Shown here one piece after another: positions 60,523 through 64,000 of a stretch of 64,000 nucleotides of DNA. The notes under the pieces are model-generated. The model ran no database searches. It was not told where the DNA came from and saw only the letters and a list, made by a program, of their open reading frames with translations. Position numbers and translations under genes: made by a program. Position 1 is the stretch's first letter; each line of letters opens with the position of its first letter. The stretch comes from an uncultured Candidatus Saccharibacteria bacterium (lineage in GTDB: Bacteria > Patescibacteriota > Minisyncoccia > Minisyncoccales > JANBVM01), in contig CAYVDD010000001.1 in the NCBI GenBank assembly GCA_964450805.1, positions 457,288 to 521,287 of the forward strand, in the 5' to 3' direction.

Positions 60523-62304
60523 CTACAGCCCTTTTTCTTTTCTTATTTTCAATATTTCTTCTGGAGAAGTGGTAATTATTTGGTCTTCAGTATAAGAAGC
60601 AACTGATTTAATGGCAACGTGTTTCTGACCAGCAAAGAATATTCCTTCGCCAACCTCTGCTTCTAAAAGCAGATATTTTTCTCCTTCTGTTAAATTAAAT
60701 ATTTTCTGTACTACATCAATTGTTGCTGAGGATTGTTTCATTATAACCTGCAAGGATGAGTTTGTAATAATTGGTTGTCCATAGGAAGATTTCATAAAGT
60801 CATTAACATCCTGTGTCACTGTAGTTACTCCAAGCCAGTATTTTCTGCCTCTTTTGCAGATTCCATAAAGAAATGAGGCGCCATCTTCGTTTTGCATTAT
60901 CCACCAGGCTTCATCAACCAATAAAATCCTTTTTTTCATTTCAGTTCTTACTTTGTTCCAGATATACCTCATAATAATAAACATTGCCATTGGTCTTAAT
61001 TCATCCTCCATATCTCTTATCCCAAAAGCCACAAGGGGTTTATCCATTGAAATATTTGTTGGCTGGTTGAAGAATTGGGCAAATGTTCCTTTTGTAAATT
61101 TTCTAACTCTTCTGACTAATGATTCTGCTCCCTCCATTCGTTGTAAAACCTGCTCAAAATCCTGCATTAGAGGGATTCTTCCCCGCCAGGTAGATGGGTC
61201 ACTTTCAGGTGTGATATCTTTTGCAGCATAAGTTTCAGTTAAAGCCTGGTCAATTATTGCATCCTCTTCAGAAGTTAATCCTCCCAGCATAATCCTTAAA
61301 AGCCCGACTAAATTGATAACGTTTGAACGTAGAACATCTTCTGGTTTTTCTCCCTCTCTTGGAGTGGGCAAGTCAAAAGGATTAATATGGTTTGGCGAAG
61401 CTAAAGAGATATTAAAAAAAGAACCATCTACTGACTCAGCTAAATATTTATACTCATTCTCAGGGTCTAAAATCATAACCTCAATTCCTGTCATTAAAGA
61501 CCTTAATATCTCCAATTTCACGAAATAACTCTTACCGCTTCCTGATTTTCCAAACAAAATCTCATTTGCATTCTCTAAGCTAAACCTGTCGAATAAAATC
61601 AAGGAATTATTATGTCTGTTGATTCCATAAAGTATTCCATCGTTTGAACTTAAATCAAAAGAAACAAAAGGAAAGATTGAAGACAAAGGACCAGTATTCA
61701 TAGTTGTATGAACCTGGAGCTGGTCTAATCCATAAGGAGCTGAAGTGTTGAATCCTTCACGTTGCTGGTAAAGAGAAGGTTTAATATATATCAATCGTGA
61801 TTCTAAAATTGACCTTAGATTGGTTTCAATTTCTCTTAACTGCTGAACAGTGTCTCCATAAACTGTTAAATAAATGCCGAATCTAAACATTCTTTCCTGA
61901 GCAGTTTGTAGACTATCTCTTAATGTTTCTAGGTCCTGATAAGCAACCTCTAGTGTTGGGTCTCTAATTAAGCCTTTTTCTTGTCTTTCAGAAAGTTCAG
62001 CTGCTACCTCTGTAACCTTTTTCCTTAATTGTTTTAAAACCATTCCAGTATCAATAGGATGGACGTGAATAGAAACACTCATAGGAGTGTCCATATTAAT
62101 AATTGGAGAAAACCAGCCTGTACTTAAATATCTTGGATAGGAAAAAATAAAGAAAGATTTGGCTAATTTTTTGCCCAGCTTCATATAATCTGGGGTTGTG
62201 GCAAGTGAAGAAGGCGCAATTATATCCTTAATGCTTATTGTTGGAGCTTCAAAAATTTGCGCTGGCAAATCTTCTTTTTTCTTTTTAAAAAATGGCAATT
62301 TCAT
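60523..62304 (-). CDS. VirB4/TraC-type type IV secretion ATPase
   Basis: 593 aa with Walker A FGKSGSGKSYF, Walker B ILLVDEAWWIM and a CagE/TrbE-like C-terminus. Confidence 0.75.
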   Translation of the reverse strand: MKLPFFKKKKEDLPAQIFEAPTISIKDIIAPSSLATTPDYMKLGKKLAKSFFIFSYPRYLSTGWFSPIINMDTPMSVSIHVHPIDTGMVLKQLRKKVTEVAAELSERQEKGLIRDPTLEVAYQDLETLRDSLQTAQERMFRFGIYLTVYGDTVQQLREIETNLRSILESRLIYIKPSLYQQREGFNTSAPYGLDQLQVHTTMNTGPLSSIFPFVSFDLSSNDGILYGINRHNNSLILFDRFSLENANEILFGKSGSGKSYFVKLEILRSLMTGIEVMILDPENEYKYLAESVDGSFFNISLASPNHINPFDLPTPREGEKPEDVLRSNVINLVGLLRIMLGGLTSEEDAIIDQALTETYAAKDITPESDPSTWRGRIPLMQDFEQVLQRMEGAESLVRRVRKFTKGTFAQFFNQPTNISMDKPLVAFGIRDMEDELRPMAMFIIMRYIWNKVRTEMKKRILLVDEAWWIMQNEDGASFLYGICKRGRKYWLGVTTVTQDVNDFMKSSYGQPIITNSSLQVIMKQSSATIDVVQKIFNLTEGEKYLLLEAEVGEGIFFAGQKHVAIKSVASYTEDQIITTSPEEILKIRKEKGL

Positions 62305-62330
62305 ATAAACAAAGTATAAGGTTTAGTTCA

Positions 62331-62966
62331 TTAAGTGGTTAGTTCTGGTGGTATTTCCGGATAATAACCAACTTCAGATTCTTCTGGATGGTATAAACTC
62401 CAGAAAAGCTCAATTAATTCAGTGGTATTTAAAGGAATAGATTGAAGCCCGCATCTTCTTAATCCTAAGGCAGCGAATTCCATTCTTTGCCAGAGCTGGG
62501 TTTTTGCTCTTTGAAATTTTTCCTCTGTTAAAGACGCAGCCTTTTTTCTCCTTGTTTCTTCAGCAGTTAATTTATGAAGCTCAAAAAGACTGAAAGGAAT
62601 TATTACAAAAAATTGTTTTGACATAATTCCTCCGCCTTTAATTATTTCTTTTATGAACTTCTGATATTCAGCAATTTGAATTTTTAAAAGCTCGGTTTTT
62701 TCTTTTCTTTCCAATTCCTTTAACTTATCCAAGTATCCTGTAATGTTTAGTTTTTTTGACTGGACAACTATTTCAATAGAAAAATCCAAAGAATTTAAAA
62801 AATTCTGAAACTGGAAGATAGTGGCATTTTGTTCTTCTTCTGATTTCAAGGCAAAATTAATAGATGAAACCATTAATACTCCTCTTAAGGTTTTGTTTTT
62901 TAAAATAATAACTCCTTCCTTAATTTGATCTATTTCTATGATTTGCTGTGTTGTTCCTTGAGCCAT
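62331..62966 (-). CDS. hypothetical protein, VirB4 N-terminal-domain-like
   Basis: 211 aa with IKEGVIILKNKTLRGVLMVSSINFALKSEEEQ, resembling the N-terminal module of Gram-positive VirB4/TraE proteins. Confidence 0.4.
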   Translation of the reverse strand: MAQGTTQQIIEIDQIKEGVIILKNKTLRGVLMVSSINFALKSEEEQNATIFQFQNFLNSLDFSIEIVVQSKKLNITGYLDKLKELERKEKTELLKIQIAEYQKFIKEIIKGGGIMSKQFFVIIPFSLFELHKLTAEETRRKKAASLTEEKFQRAKTQLWQRMEFAALGLRRCGLQSIPLNTTELIELFWSLYHPEESEVGYYPEIPPELTT

Positions 62967-62967
62967 A

Positions 62968-63372
62968 TTACTTTGTTTTTGTTTCTATTTCGGTTTGAAT
63001 ATTTTTTAATTGGCTTTTTTTAGCGATTTTTAAAGGAGTTTCTTCTTTTTTTTCTATTTTTACTTTTTTTTCCTCTAACATTGAAATTTTCCCTTGTTTT
63101 TTTTTCCAGAGATACATTTTTGGCGCAAGATTAAATTTTAAAAAACTTCCAATAACACTGGGAAGATCTCTTCCTCCTATTTTTAAAAAAGCTAAAGACA
63201 TAGCTCCTGAGCCTATAATAATACAGGCTATTATGAATATTGAAAAAGGAACGCTGAAATAAAGTATAAAACAGATTGCTCCTGCAATACCAATATATAC
63301 AAACTGTTTAAAAGTAAAAGGCCCTACTATTTTTGCCTCATGTTCAATAAATTGGGGGACAGTAAATCGCAT
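62968..63372 (-). CDS. PrgI/VirB3-like small membrane protein
   Basis: Reads MRFTVPQFIEHEAKIVGPFTFKQFVYIG, followed by two TM helices. Confidence 0.55.
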   Translation of the reverse strand: MRFTVPQFIEHEAKIVGPFTFKQFVYIGIAGAICFILYFSVPFSIFIIACIIIGSGAMSLAFLKIGGRDLPSVIGSFLKFNLAPKMYLWKKKQGKISMLEEKKVKIEKKEETPLKIAKKSQLKNIQTEIETKTK

Positions 63373-63375
63373 ACT

Positions 63376-63795
63376 TTATTCAATGACCTCTCTATAAGTG
63401 TCTTTCCTTTTAGGCGTGGTTGGTTTTTTATCTATCGCTGGTCCTGGTACTTTCATCTGCGCTGGAGGAGTAATTTCCATACTATGAAGTTCTTCCAAAC
63501 TGCTTTTAACAGGATAAAAAATAAATCGGTTGATTTCTTGAACTACTTTTTTCGCCACTTCTTTCTCCAATCCTAATTCTTGTTCTATGGTTTTTTCAAA
63601 CTCATCTGGTTTTAATATGCCCAACAAAACATCGCCAGTTATGCTGGCAAGTTGTGAAACTTGTTCTATTTCATATCTATCACAAATACTGATGATATTA
63701 TTTGCTGTTTCTTCAGATAAAATCTGGCTTTTTAACTCATCAGAGACTTTTTGAAAAAGATTCCAATATTGTTTTTTCGTTAATTTTTTAGCCAT
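63376..63795 (-). CDS. hypothetical protein (first gene of the PrgI/VirB4 operon)
   Basis: 139-aa ORF with a 3-nt spacing to the PrgI-like gene. No motif recognised. Confidence 0.45.
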   Translation of the reverse strand: MAKKLTKKQYWNLFQKVSDELKSQILSEETANNIISICDRYEIEQVSQLASITGDVLLGILKPDEFEKTIEQELGLEKEVAKKVVQEINRFIFYPVKSSLEELHSMEITPPAQMKVPGPAIDKKPTTPKRKDTYREVIE

Positions 63796-63943
63796 ATTAA
63801 TTTATTTTAACAAGATAATAATTTTAATGCAAAAACTATTTAAATAAGAAGCAAAGAATAAGTATTGACAAGCATTGCAGGGGAGCTTATAAAGAAAGTA
63901 GTATATAATATATATAAATAATTAATATTGGAGGTTGATAAGT

Positions 63944-64000
63944 TTGACCATATCTGAGACCGAAGAAGACGAAATTAGACGTCATATCCAAGAAATAAAA
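63944..64000 (+). CDS. possible 5' end of a CDS running off the right edge
   Basis: A TTGACA-N17-TATAAA promoter lies at about 63866-63894. GGAGGT is followed by TTG (63935 or 63944), then TISETEEDEIRRHIQEIK, which stays open to the window end. Confidence 0.25.
   Translation, partial: MTISETEEDEIRRHIQEIK

Overview
This is a 64 kb, strongly AT-rich (about 30% G+C by eye) and very gene-dense bacterial window. TGA is used as a stop (for example mutM), so the standard code applies. Gene content and compactness suggest a small-genome CPR/Patescibacteria-like bacterium, which is an inference only.

Most genes are on the minus strand and run away from a classical origin locus. That locus is dnaN-dnaA (55964-58588, minus) facing rpmH-rnpA-yidC-jag (58807-60448, plus).

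Core content:
- Four aaRS genes: glyQS, ileS, argS, tyrS.
- A contiguous smpB-ssrA(tmRNA)-infC-rpmI-rplT block.
- recO, PolX, mutM, ruvC, holA, an EndoQ-like nuclease, RtcB and greA.
- A mevalonate pathway set: HMG-CoA reductase plus mvk-mvaD-pmk.
- PBP1A and a Mur ligase.
- A PilB-type ATPase next to a lamin-tail-domain surface protein.
- A PAS histidine kinase with two receiver-only regulators.
- A PrgI/VirB4-type secretion cluster.

Most unusual observations:
1. A complete histidine-phosphatase domain is inserted inside the zinc knuckle of IleRS.
2. A 1.9 kb transposase-less cassette sits 46 nt upstream of ileS. It has perfect 26-bp terminal inverted repeats and an 8-bp target-site duplication. 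It carries a HicBA-like module, a small membrane protein and about 600 nt of G+C-elevated non-coding sequence.
3. A split three-gene BCR/HAD-type (2-hydroxyacyl-CoA dehydratase-like) radical enzyme set is present.
4. A bacterial Elp3 is paired back-to-back with a Trm9-like methyltransferase.
5. Several promoter-plus-terminator-bounded structured intergenic RNAs cannot be assigned to known families.
6. Two tRNA 3'-end-like fragments directly abut stop codons.

No rRNA, complete tRNA or CRISPR array was found.
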